Source of the DNA: an uncultured Clostridia bacterium
GTDB taxonomy: Bacteria; Bacillota; Clostridia; TANB77; CAG-508
Length of the DNA: 64,000 nt
Reading direction: 5' to 3'
Assembly: GCA_944392175.1 (NCBI GenBank)
Contig: CALXVT010000006.1
Coordinates: 1,077-65,076 of the forward strand
Shown: positions 55,113 to 64,000 of the stretch, in pieces
Numbering within the stretch: the first letter of the stretch is position 1
Layout of the letters: each line of letters begins with the position of its first letter
Program-made: the position numbers and the translations under genes
Notes under the pieces: generated by a model
The model's input: only the letters and a program-made list of their open reading frames with translations
Database searches by the model: none
What the model was told of the DNA's origin: nothing

Positions 55113-56299
55113 TGGAATATAAAGCATTAAGTGTTACAGAATTAAATAAATATATAAAAGATAAAATAGCAACAGACGAATTTTTAAATAATGTATTAAT
55201 TAAGGGAGAAATATCTAATTTTAAGCATCATTATACAGGACATATGTATTTTACATTAAAAGATGATAACTCTCTTATTAAATGCATTATGTTTAAATCA
55301 TATACAACAAATTTAAAATTTGTACCAAAAGATGGTATGAGCGTATTAGCTTTTGGTACAATTTCTGTTTTTGAAAGAGATGGAGTATACCAATTATATT
55401 GTAAAGCTATGCAAGAAGATGGTTTAGGTAGTTTATATAAAGCATATGAGGAGCTAAAAGAAAAATTGCAAAAAGAAGGGCTTTTTGACGAAACACATAA
55501 AAAGAAATTACCTAAAGCCCCAAAGGTAATTGGTGTATTATCATCTAATACAGGTTCTGTTATTAAAGATATAATTAATGTTTCTACAAGAAGAAATCCC
55601 AATGTATATATAAGGTTATATCCAGTTCCTGTGCAAGGAGAAGGTGCAGGAGAAAAAATTGCTGAAGCAATTAAAATAATGAATGATAAAAATTTAGCTG
55701 ATGTTTTGATTTTGGCAAGAGGTGGAGGTTCTTTAGAGGATTTATGGCCATTTAATGAAGAAGTAGTTGCAAGAGCAATATATGATTCAAAACTACCAAT
55801 AGTTTCTGCAGTTGGACATGAGACAGATTTTTCAATTTCAGACTTTGTTGCTGATTTAAGAGCACCAACACCATCTGCAGCAGCAGAATTAGTTGTACCA
55901 AATGTAGCGGAGTTAAGTCAAAAACTTGATGTATATAATTTAAGATTGAAAAATGCATTAAAGAAAAAAATTGACATTATGAAAATGAGATATGAGAAAT
56001 GCATGAAAAGTAGAGTTTATACAGATCCACTAAAAAATATAAATGATCAGTATTTAAAATTAGATATTTTTCTAAAAAGCATGACTAATAGTGTACTTAC
56101 TAAAATTCAAAAAAGTAAGACTGAAGCTACAAAGAATATAGCAAAATTAGATGCATTAAGCCCACTAAAAACATTAGCAAGAGGATATTCTATTGTTCAG
56201 AAAAATGAAAAAGTAGTAAAAAGTGTTAATGAATTAAATAAAGATGATATTATAAGTTTACGACTAGCAGATGGGAATAAAGATGCCAAAATTATATAA
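55112..56299 (+). CDS. xseA: Exodeoxyribonuclease VII large subunit
   Basis: OB-fold N-terminus (GEISNFKHHYTGHMYFTLKD). ARGGGSLEDLWPFN. GHETDFSISDFVADLRAPTPSAAAE. Confidence 0.93.
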   Translation: MEYKALSVTELNKYIKDKIATDEFLNNVLIKGEISNFKHHYTGHMYFTLKDDNSLIKCIMFKSYTTNLKFVPKDGMSVLAFGTISVFERDGVYQLYCKAMQEDGLGSLYKAYEELKEKLQKEGLFDETHKKKLPKAPKVIGVLSSNTGSVIKDIINVSTRRNPNVYIRLYPVPVQGEGAGEKIAEAIKIMNDKNLADVLILARGGGSLEDLWPFNEEVVARAIYDSKLPIVSAVGHETDFSISDFVADLRAPTPSAAAELVVPNVAELSQKLDVYNLRLKNALKKKIDIMKMRYEKCMKSRVYTDPLKNINDQYLKLDIFLKSMTNSVLTKIQKSKTEATKNIAKLDALSPLKTLARGYSIVQKNEKVVKSVNELNKDDIISLRLADGNKDAKII

Positions 56300-56312
56300 T
56301 GGAGGTTATAAC

Positions 56313-56531
56313 ATGGATTTTGAAGAAATAATGAAAAAATTAGAAGAAATTACGGCTGAATTAGAAAAAGGAGAATTAACTTTGGATGAATCTGTAAAGA
56401 AATTTGAGGAAGGAATAAAACTTTCTAAAGAATGTAGTAAAATATTAGAAGATTCAGAAAAAAGAATTAATATATTAATAAATAATGATGGAAATATATC
56501 AGAGGAAAATTTTTTACCGGAGGAAGGATAA
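56313..56531 (+). CDS. xseB: Exodeoxyribonuclease VII small subunit
   Basis: FEEIMKKLEEITAELEKGELTLDESVKKFEEG. Start at the ATG after GGAGG. Confidence 0.88.
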   Translation: MDFEEIMKKLEEITAELEKGELTLDESVKKFEEGIKLSKECSKILEDSEKRINILINNDGNISEENFLPEEG

Positions 56532-56538
56532 TTTTAAG

Positions 56539-56979
56539 ATGGATGTTTTAGGACAGATAGTTACAAATAAATTTATTTATATACCATTTTTAACATGGTT
56601 TTGCATACAATTGTTTAAAGTAATATGGGATTTAGTTACTACTAAAAAGTTTAATTTTAAAAGAATTATGGGAGCAGGAGGAATGCCAAGTTCTCATAGT
56701 GCAGTTGTTATGGCACTTGCAACTTTAATTGGAAAAACTGAAGGTTTTGATAGTACGATGTTTGCATTATCTATAATTTTTGCATTTGTTGTTATGTATG
56801 ATGCAGCAGGAGTAAGGAGAGCTGCAGGAAAACAAGCACAATTATTAAATAAATTAGTTGAGACACCTGGACTTACAGGATTACAAGTATCAGAAAAATT
56901 AGTCGAAGTATTGGGGCATACACCATTACAAGTTTTAGTTGGAGCAATTATAGGTATTATTGTTGGATGTATATTTTAA
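56539..56979 (+). CDS. Divergent PAP2 family protein (DUF212)
   Basis: GGMPSSHSA ... MYDAAGVRR ... GHTPLQV motifs. Confidence 0.8.
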   Translation: MDVLGQIVTNKFIYIPFLTWFCIQLFKVIWDLVTTKKFNFKRIMGAGGMPSSHSAVVMALATLIGKTEGFDSTMFALSIIFAFVVMYDAAGVRRAAGKQAQLLNKLVETPGLTGLQVSEKLVEVLGHTPLQVLVGAIIGIIVGCIF

Positions 56980-57015
56980 TCTTTAGATTAAATCCAAACG
57001 AAAGAGAAGGAATAT

Positions 57016-58737
57016 ATGAAAAAAACAGAATTTAAAATATTTAAATTTAATAATAAAGAATATGTATTAATAGATGAATATGTTTTTGAGAATAAGAAAA
57101 TCTATTTCTTTTTGGCCGATGAAGAACTATTCTGTACGAAAGAAAATGAAAAATATAATCCAATCCTAGATAAAGAAAAAATTAAACAAATAAAAGAAGC
57201 TTTTGGATTAATTGAAATACCAATTCTTTTTGACAGACTACTTTCATTTTTAAAGTCTGATAATATTATGGCAAAAATTATGAGAAATTTAATAATTAAA
57301 ACTTTAAATATAAAGACATATGAAGATTTTGATTGGGTAGAAATTAGTGATGATGAAAAAGAAAAAATAATACGAGAATCAACAGAGGCATTAGAAAAAT
57401 TAAAGGATAAAGGAATACGTTCTAAAGATTTTTATAATAGAGTACATGATGTAAAAATCAAAACAGGTGATAACAAAAATTTTGAATATTTTAAGGTTTT
57501 TGGATCTTTTGTTCCAAAATTAAATACTGTTTTTTTTCAAGAGAAATTTTTGAAGCAAGATGATATAACTGCTAAAAGATTAAAATTACATGAATTACTT
57601 CATAAGTCTTCAGGAGATGAATTTTTAAAAGAATATAAATACGTAAGAGGCTTAGAAGAAGGAATGACAGAAAATGTTGTTGAAAAGGTTTATGGCGAAA
57701 AAAAATCAAAGATAATAACAAATAGTGATGGCAAAAAAAATATTCATTTTAATTTTAATGATGATAATTATTCTACTCTTGTTTCAATTGTACAGCAAAT
57801 GGAATATTTAACAGGTAAGGATTGTTCTTCAGATGTAGTATATGGAAAAGATGAAATGATTAAGGCTTTTTCAGAAAAATATGGAGAAAATTTAATTACA
57901 TATATAATAGGAAAGACATTTTTGCTTACCAGTAAACGAACAAATGATTTAGATAAAAGAATATCAATATTTGAAGATTTACAAAATGTAATATTAGAAA
58001 CCGCTTTTAATTCGGAATTTGAGCAAATTGAGAATATCGAAGATGCTAAAGAATATATGAAAAAATTGAGAGGATTTGAAAAAATAAGAGGAAGTATTTA
58101 TATAAGAAATGACAATTCATTTGACTTTGTTGAGGATAGTACTTTTAAAGATTATTACAATTTAATGCATCAAGAAATAAAATCAAAAATGCTATTAAAA
58201 GGATATTCTGCTAAGCAGGTAAGTGAATTAGATGAATATACATATAAAAGACAAGAAAAATATCCTATGGATTCTATAGAAGATTTACAAAAAAGCAGTA
58301 AAGATCAGCTACTTGGAAATATAGCTTCTAAACTAGCAAAAGGAGAAGAAGTAGATATTTCAAATTTGAGAGTTGAGGAAACTTATGAAAGTAATATGAT
58401 ATATTTAAGAATATATGATAAAGATGGAGAAATAGTAGATAAATTTTTTCAGGCAAGTAAAGAAAGATTCTTAATAAAAGAGCAATTTGAAAAAATAATA
58501 AAATTAAAAGAAGAGTTAAAAACAAGGCCAATAACTAGAGTATATAAATTAGATGATTATGATATAGAAACCATAATGAAGTATAAGAAAAAAATAGAAG
58601 ATTTTGCAAAGGAAAAAGAAGAACTAAAGGAAATTGCAAAATGTGAAACGCAAACAAGAATACAAGGATTTGTAGGACGTGTAAGAAACTTTTTCGTTGA
58701 TTTAGTAAAAGACAATCAGGCTAGAGGTGAAGATTAA
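57016..58737 (+). CDS. Hypothetical protein with an HExxH...E zincin-like motif
   Basis: 573 aa. HELLH at residues 192-196 (nt 57589-57603), then EEGMTE 18 residues later. No signal peptide or TM seen. Rest of the protein not recognised. Confidence 0.6.
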   Translation: MKKTEFKIFKFNNKEYVLIDEYVFENKKIYFFLADEELFCTKENEKYNPILDKEKIKQIKEAFGLIEIPILFDRLLSFLKSDNIMAKIMRNLIIKTLNIKTYEDFDWVEISDDEKEKIIRESTEALEKLKDKGIRSKDFYNRVHDVKIKTGDNKNFEYFKVFGSFVPKLNTVFFQEKFLKQDDITAKRLKLHELLHKSSGDEFLKEYKYVRGLEEGMTENVVEKVYGEKKSKIITNSDGKKNIHFNFNDDNYSTLVSIVQQMEYLTGKDCSSDVVYGKDEMIKAFSEKYGENLITYIIGKTFLLTSKRTNDLDKRISIFEDLQNVILETAFNSEFEQIENIEDAKEYMKKLRGFEKIRGSIYIRNDNSFDFVEDSTFKDYYNLMHQEIKSKMLLKGYSAKQVSELDEYTYKRQEKYPMDSIEDLQKSSKDQLLGNIASKLAKGEEVDISNLRVEETYESNMIYLRIYDKDGEIVDKFFQASKERFLIKEQFEKIIKLKEELKTRPITRVYKLDDYDIETIMKYKKKIEDFAKEKEELKEIAKCETQTRIQGFVGRVRNFFVDLVKDNQARGED

Positions 58738-59201
58738 TGGAAGATATTGTATTAAAAAATGCTATGTTTGAAGCGTATGAAATAATCATAAACTTAAATG
58801 AAATTTTAATGAATAAGATTCCAAACGAAATTATGCTATTTTTATATGCTAATAAAAATGATAATCACAAGTTTTTATATGATGAAAATAAAAGCATATT
58901 AGATCAAAAAATTCTTCCAGAAACTAAACAATTAATTTCTATAATATATCATGATTATATTTGCGAAGACGAAAAAGAAAGATTAGAAATAGAGGAAGCA
59001 TGGAATACTAATCAAAAAAATTTAGAATTTGATACTAGAAAATTTTTTGAAAACAGAAACAACTCAATAAATAAAATAGATAATACAAAAGAGGTAAAAG
59101 AAAAATCTATAGCCAAAATTGATAATGAAAATGTATTTACAAAATTATTAAAAAAAGTACTTCACAAGATTTACAAATTGTTTCACAATCACACTGACTA
59201 A
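58737..59201 (+). CDS. Hypothetical protein, translationally coupled to the 57016 ORF
   Basis: 154 aa. Its start overlaps the upstream stop (TAATGG). Confidence 0.5.
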   Translation: MEDIVLKNAMFEAYEIIINLNEILMNKIPNEIMLFLYANKNDNHKFLYDENKSILDQKILPETKQLISIIYHDYICEDEKERLEIEEAWNTNQKNLEFDTRKFFENRNNSINKIDNTKEVKEKSIAKIDNENVFTKLLKKVLHKIYKLFHNHTD

Positions 59202-59265
59202 GGAACGTGTTATAAATATACAAATTAAAAAAGTTTTTCCAAAAAAAATAAAAGGAGGTTTTATT

Positions 59266-60912
59266 ATGGAAGATATAGAAATTGCAAGAGGTTCAAAATT
59301 AAAAAATATAAATGAAATTGCTAAAAAAGCTGATATTCCAGAAGAATATATAGAGCAATATGGAAAGTATAAAGCAAAAATCTCCTTAAATTATTTTGAA
59401 AAAATAAAAAACAATAAAACTGGAAAATTAATATTAGTTACATCAATCAATCCGACACCATTAGGAGAAGGAAAAACAACTGCTTCAATTGGAATAGTTG
59501 ATGCCTTTAATAAAATAAATAAAAAAGCAATTTTAGCATTAAGAGAGCCATCTCTTGGACCTGTATTTGGAATTAAAGGAGGAGCAACTGGTGGAGGATA
59601 TTCGCAAGTTGTTCCAATGGAAGATATTAATTTACATTTTACTGGTGATATTCATGCAATTACAACAGCAAATAATCTATTAAGTGCAATAATAGATAAT
59701 CATATTTTTCATGGAAACGAACTAGGAATAGAAAAAGTTACTTGGAAAAGATGTCTAGACTTAAATGATAGAGCTTTAAGAAAAGTTGAAGTTTCACTTT
59801 CTGGTGAAAAAAATATGAAACCAAGAGAAGATGGTTTTGATATAACTGTTGCATCAGAGATTATGGCAATTTTATGTTTAGCCAAAGATTTAAAAGATTT
59901 AAAAAGAAGATTAGGCAATATTGTAATTGGATATAATAAAGAAAATAAACCAATTACATGTAGGGACTTAAAAGCAGATGGAAGTTTAACTGTTATTTTA
60001 AAAGATGCTATAAAACCAAATTTAGTTCAAACAATTGAAAATAATCCTGTAATAATACATGGCGGACCATTTGCTAATATTGCACACGGATGTAATAGTG
60101 TAATTGCAACAGAAATGGCTTTAAAAATGAGTGATTATGTAATTACAGAAGCTGGTTTTGGAGCAGATTTAGGCGCAGAAAAATTCTTAGATATAAAATG
60201 TAGAAATTTAAGCACAAAACCAAATGCAGTAGTGATTGTTGCAACTTTAAAAGCATTAAAATATCATGGAGGAGCAACAAAAGAAGAATGCACATTAGAA
60301 AATGTAGAAGCACTAAGAAAAGGAATTCATAATTTAAAAAGACATATCGAAAATATTAAGAAATACGGAATTGAACCTATAGTTGCTATTAACAAATATA
60401 CTCAAGATACACAAAATGAAATAGAAGTATTACAAGAAGAACTTAATGGAATAGCTAAATATAGCCTTTTAGAAAATTGGGCTAAAGGCGGAGAAGGAGC
60501 AGTAGATTTAGCTAACAAACTTATTGAAATTTGTGAAAATAAAAATGATTTTAAATATATGTATGAGCTAAATGATACAATAGAAGAAAAAATAGACAAA
60601 ATTGCAAAGAATATTTATGGAGCTGAAAAAGTTGAATATAGTGATTTAGCTAAAGAACAACTTAAAGAAATAAATCATTTAAAAATTCCTGTATGTATTG
60701 CAAAAACACAATATTCATTTTCAGATGATCCTAAAAATTTATTATGTGATAAACCATTTAATATACATGTATCAGAATTAAAATATAAAGCTGGTGCAGA
60801 ATTTGTAGTTGTATTAACAGGTAAGGTAATGACAATGCCAGGACTTCCAAAAGTTCCAGCAGCAGAAAAAATTGATATAGATGAAAATGGAAATATAGAA
60901 GGAATATTTTAA
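59266..60912 (+). CDS. fhs: Formate--tetrahydrofolate ligase
   Basis: DIEIA N-terminus. INPTPLGEGKTT P-loop. PSLGPVFGIKGGATGGGYSQV. Confidence 0.95.
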   Translation: MEDIEIARGSKLKNINEIAKKADIPEEYIEQYGKYKAKISLNYFEKIKNNKTGKLILVTSINPTPLGEGKTTASIGIVDAFNKINKKAILALREPSLGPVFGIKGGATGGGYSQVVPMEDINLHFTGDIHAITTANNLLSAIIDNHIFHGNELGIEKVTWKRCLDLNDRALRKVEVSLSGEKNMKPREDGFDITVASEIMAILCLAKDLKDLKRRLGNIVIGYNKENKPITCRDLKADGSLTVILKDAIKPNLVQTIENNPVIIHGGPFANIAHGCNSVIATEMALKMSDYVITEAGFGADLGAEKFLDIKCRNLSTKPNAVVIVATLKALKYHGGATKEECTLENVEALRKGIHNLKRHIENIKKYGIEPIVAINKYTQDTQNEIEVLQEELNGIAKYSLLENWAKGGEGAVDLANKLIEICENKNDFKYMYELNDTIEEKIDKIAKNIYGAEKVEYSDLAKEQLKEINHLKIPVCIAKTQYSFSDDPKNLLCDKPFNIHVSELKYKAGAEFVVVLTGKVMTMPGLPKVPAAEKIDIDENGNIEGIF

Positions 60913-60981
60913 TATTTTGTATAAAGACACCATATATGGATAAAATAATCTTAACATTATTTTAAAAGTGTGGTGTTTTTT

Positions 60982-61674
60982 ATGTTTAAAAGGAATAAAA
61001 AAATATTAATATGTATAATAATGATAATAGTTACTATAGTATCTTTTATATTAATTTCAATATATCCTAAGGAGAATGAGGTAGAAGCACTTTCTAAATA
61101 TGGATCAAGAGGAAGTGAAGTTACACAAATTCAAACAAAATTGAAAAGATGGGGATATTATAAAGGAAATGTAGATGGAATATTTGGTACACAAACATTA
61201 GAGGCTGTAAAATATTTTCAAAGAAAAAATGGACTAGTAGTTGATGGTATTGCAGGTAAAAAAACATTGGAAGCAATGGGAATTTTTAATTCGTCATCAT
61301 CATCGAGTTCTTCTAGCTCCAATTCTAGTGATTTAAATTTACTTGCTAGACTTATTTATGGAGAGGCAAGAGGAGAATCATATACTGGACAAGTTGCAGT
61401 TGGTGCAGTTGTTTTAAATAGAGTAAAAAGCAGTTCTTTTCCAAATACAATTTCAGGTGTAATATATCAAAGTGGAGCATTTGACGCTGTTAAAGATGGG
61501 CAAATTAATTTAACACCAAATTCAACCGCTAAAAAAGCAGCACAAGATGCATTAAATGGTTGGGATCCTTCTTATGGTGCAATTTATTATTTTAATCCTG
61601 CTACTGCAACGAATAAATGGATTTGGTCTAGACCTGTGACTGTAACAATAGGAAATCATAGGTTTTGCAAATAA
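60982..61674 (+). CDS. Spore cortex-lytic enzyme family hydrolase (SleB/CwlJ-like) with a peptidoglycan-binding domain
   Basis: Signal/TM N-terminus. PG_binding_1-like region (VTQIQTKLKRWGYYKGNVDGIFG). Poly-Ser linker. Hydrolase_2 region (ARLIYGEARGE ... VLNRV ... GAFDAV). Start uncertain (60970 or 60982). Confidence 0.8.
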   Translation: MFKRNKKILICIIMIIVTIVSFILISIYPKENEVEALSKYGSRGSEVTQIQTKLKRWGYYKGNVDGIFGTQTLEAVKYFQRKNGLVVDGIAGKKTLEAMGIFNSSSSSSSSSSNSSDLNLLARLIYGEARGESYTGQVAVGAVVLNRVKSSSFPNTISGVIYQSGAFDAVKDGQINLTPNSTAKKAAQDALNGWDPSYGAIYYFNPATATNKWIWSRPVTVTIGNHRFCK

Positions 61675-61771
61675 ATTAAAAAGCTGAAAAAATTGGGAGT
61701 AATAATATATATTCTTGACAAAAACATAACATATTGATAATATTATGGCATACGATTAGGAGGATAAACGG

Positions 61772-62272
61772 ATGTTATTATATCCCGATTTTTATTTTAA
61801 AAATGTAAAAGAAGTAGATATAAAATTATTAAAAGATAATAATATTAAAGCATTATTATTAGATGTAGATAATACTTTAATAGATTTAGATAGAAATATA
61901 TTAGATGGTGCAGTAGAATGGTGTAATAACTTAAAAGAAGAGGGAATAAAATTCTGTATACTATCTAATTCAAATAAAAAAGATAAAGTAGAAAAAGTTG
62001 CTAAAGTTCTTGATATTCCATATATATTTTTCGGAACTAAACCTTTAAAAAGAGGATTTAAAAAAGCAAAAAAATTATTGAATGTAGATTTTAAGAATAT
62101 GGCAATAATTGGAGATCAAATATTTACAGATGTAATAGGTGGAAATAGATGCAAAATGTATACAATTTTAGTTGAGCCAATTAGTACAAGAGAATTATTT
62201 ATTACATCAATAAAAAGAGGAGTAGAAAATAAAATTATCAAAAATTACTATAAAAAAAGTAACAGCAAGTAA
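61772..62272 (+). CDS. yqeG: YqeG family HAD-IIIA phosphatase
   Basis: ALLLDVDNTL ... ILSNS ... IGDQIFTDVIGGN. Confidence 0.85.
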   Translation: MLLYPDFYFKNVKEVDIKLLKDNNIKALLLDVDNTLIDLDRNILDGAVEWCNNLKEEGIKFCILSNSNKKDKVEKVAKVLDIPYIFFGTKPLKRGFKKAKKLLNVDFKNMAIIGDQIFTDVIGGNRCKMYTILVEPISTRELFITSIKRGVENKIIKNYYKKSNSK

Positions 62273-62309
62273 AGCTAATCAAAATAATTAATAAGAAAGA
62301 GGAATTACA

Positions 62310-63062
62310 ATGTATTTTAATGATGTACATGTTATGATATATGTTGCATTTGGAATCTTAGGATTATTTGTAGGCAACATATTACCACATATAAATCAAA
62401 AATTAATTGAACATAAAAAAATAATTACAAAAGATTTTTTTAAGGATTATATTAAGAATTTTAAACCACATTATATACATATGATATTAATAGCAATTAT
62501 ATATATGGCTTTAGTATATAAATTTGGAATATTTCCAACTTTTATTCAGAATTTAGAATTAATTAAATATTGTTTATTAACACCTATGTTATTTTCAGTA
62601 GCATATATAGATTATAAAGAAAATATTATACCTAATAGATTAGTACTTACAATGGCAGAAGTAGGAATGTTAGTAACATTTATTTTTGGATTATCAGATA
62701 TTAATCTTGCAATGGATATGCTACTTGGAATGGTTTTAGGAACAGCTATTTTTGGTATACTAACTATTCTTGGAAGAATGGTTTCAGGAAAAGATTCTAT
62801 GGGATTGGGAGATATAAAACTTATAGCTGCTTTAGGATTATTCTTTGGTTCTTCTAATATATTAGCAATATCAATAATTTCATTTTTAATTGGAGCAATA
62901 ATTAGTATAATATTAATTATTGCAAAGAAGAAAAAGATTAATGAGTACATACCTTTTGGACCTTTTATTGTAATAGCAAGTTTTATTTCCATATTTGTAC
63001 CGTTTAGTACAATATTATATGTTTTACTCAAGATTTTTACTTTAGGAATGTATAAAGTATAG
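62310..63062 (+). CDS. Prepilin peptidase (A24 family)
   Basis: Polytopic. IDYKENIIPN and GLGDIKL catalytic Asp contexts. Confidence 0.8.
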   Translation: MYFNDVHVMIYVAFGILGLFVGNILPHINQKLIEHKKIITKDFFKDYIKNFKPHYIHMILIAIIYMALVYKFGIFPTFIQNLELIKYCLLTPMLFSVAYIDYKENIIPNRLVLTMAEVGMLVTFIFGLSDINLAMDMLLGMVLGTAIFGILTILGRMVSGKDSMGLGDIKLIAALGLFFGSSNILAISIISFLIGAIISIILIIAKKKKINEYIPFGPFIVIASFISIFVPFSTILYVLLKIFTLGMYKV

Positions 63063-63081
63063 TGATGGGAGATGCTAAACA

Positions 63082-64000
63082 ATGAACGAGAAAATAAAAG
63101 AATTAAGAGAAAAATTATCAGAAGTAGATATGGATGGGATGATAGTTTCTAATCCAATAAATATTAAATATCTAACTGAAATAGATGCTGATATTGAAGG
63201 AGTATTATTAATAACTAAAAAAGAGAATATTTATATAACAGATGCAAGATATACAGAAAGAATTAATTGCATTTTAACAATAGAGGATGAAATTATTCCA
63301 TATGATTTTAAAGATTTAGATCCAATAGATTATGAAAATATGTTTATGTTTTGTAATAATGTTGGTTTTGAAGAAAATTATGTAACATATGCAAAATATA
63401 AAGAATATAAACAATTATATAAAATTAATAATTTATTAGAAACAGATGGAATAATTGAAATGTTACGAATTATAAAAGCACCTGATGAAATTAATTATAT
63501 TCAAAGAGCTTGCAAAATAACAGACGAGTGCTTTGAGCATATTTGTAAATTTATAAAAATAGGTATGACAGAAAAAGAAATTGCATATGAAATAGAGAGA
63601 TATTTTAAAACACATGGTGCAGAAGGAGTATCTTTTGATACAATAGTTGCATCAGGAAAAAATTCTTCTATGCCACATGCAGTTCCTACAGATAAAAAGA
63701 TAGAAGAAGGAGATCCTATAACTATTGATTTTGGATGCAAATATAATGGATATTGTTCTGATATGACAAGAACTATTTTTGTGAAATACGTTCCTGAAGG
63801 AATAAAACCTATATATAATTTAGTGTTAAAAAATCAAAAATTAGCATTGGATGCTATTATGGAAAATGCAAATTCTCGTATTTTAACTATGATGGTAGAA
63901 AGTGATTTTAAAGTAAATGGTTTTACATTAGATCATAGTTTAGGACATGGAGTTGGTTTAGATATTCACGAAAGACCATATATTGGAAGAAAAGATTATT
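63082..64000 (+). CDS. Xaa-Pro aminopeptidase/dipeptidase, M24B (3' end outside the window)
   Basis: Manual translation: MNEKIKELREKL ..., creatinase-like N-domain, then DFGCKYNGYCSDMTRT and GHGVGLDIHE metal-ligand motifs. Open to the window end. Confidence 0.85.
   Translation, partial: MNEKIKELREKLSEVDMDGMIVSNPINIKYLTEIDADIEGVLLITKKENIYITDARYTERINCILTIEDEIIPYDFKDLDPIDYENMFMFCNNVGFEENYVTYAKYKEYKQLYKINNLLETDGIIEMLRIIKAPDEINYIQRACKITDECFEHICKFIKIGMTEKEIAYEIERYFKTHGAEGVSFDTIVASGKNSSMPHAVPTDKKIEEGDPITIDFGCKYNGYCSDMTRTIFVKYVPEGIKPIYNLVLKNQKLALDAIMENANSRILTMMVESDFKVNGFTLDHSLGHGVGLDIHERPYIGRKDY

Noticed and set aside
1537-63082. Many 60-196 aa ORFs antisense to, or overlapping, confidently assigned genes. 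Examples: 1537-1725, 8311-8583, 11797-12198, 21876-22367, 27907-28266, 45370-45768, 46978-47508, 47438-47713, 52588-53178, 53372-53728, 62612-63082.
   Set aside because: They lie wholly inside well-supported genes on the other strand or frame and lack ribosome-binding sites. Their compositions are low-complexity (Leu/Ile/Phe/Ser-rich), as expected from antisense AT-rich or purine-skewed DNA.
1-64000. tRNA, rRNA, tmRNA or other classical RNA genes, and riboswitches other than the T-box.
   Set aside because: I recognised no cloverleaf-like or rRNA-like sequence in the intergenic regions. A covariance-model scan would be needed to exclude small structured RNAs.

Overview
This is a low-GC Firmicutes segment of Clostridia type (RemA, SleB/CwlJ-like hydrolase, T-box leader). 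Hand counts on 60-nt samples give about 17-30% G+C for native genes. Almost every gene is on the + strand. I saw no tRNA or rRNA genes, no CRISPR array, and no transposase, integrase or phage structural gene. The window falls into two parts.

**1-45.7 kb (accessory-rich).** In order:
- T-box-controlled tyrS.
- A translationally coupled pair: a PP-loop protein plus a MurD-family ligase (MurL/MurD2-like).
- A TetR-controlled heterodimeric ABC exporter.
- A run of small redox, GNAT and hypothetical genes.
- A MerR / aldo-keto reductase / DUF362 unit.
- A BceRS-like two-component system, separated from its BceAB-like transporter by a 4.8-kb compositionally foreign island.
- A 10-kb cell-wall glycopolymer locus: LCP, priming transferase, glycosyltransferases, Stealth phosphotransferase, a Wzy-like/GT fusion, Wzx and Glf.
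- A frameshifted glucoamylase-family (DUF3131 / beta-1,2-glucanase-like) gene.
- A DUF4186 / ABC-F / DUF5131 operon.

**45.7-64 kb (conserved housekeeping).** rsmE, yicC, remA, rpoZ, gmk, priA, def, fmt, asp23-amaP, nusB, xseAB, fhs, sleB-like, yqeG, a prepilin peptidase and a partial pepP. A two-gene hypothetical insert sits within it; one of those proteins carries an HExxH...E motif.

**Signals most worth a second look:**
- A 10-copy family of 35-43 nt palindromic elements with core AGGGACGGTCCTT and two arm subfamilies. It is confined to the accessory half and supplies the stop codon and C-terminus of three ORFs.
- Several single-gene or tandem-paralog cassettes with clearly higher G+C. Where a promoter could be read it is close to the sigma-A consensus, and most cassettes end in strong terminators. 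Two tandem paralog pairs lie inside the split Bce module.
- The MurL/MurD2-like pair.
- The HExxH two-gene unit.
- The DUF4186 / ABC-F / DUF5131 operon.

All functional calls come from motif recognition by eye. No database search was run.
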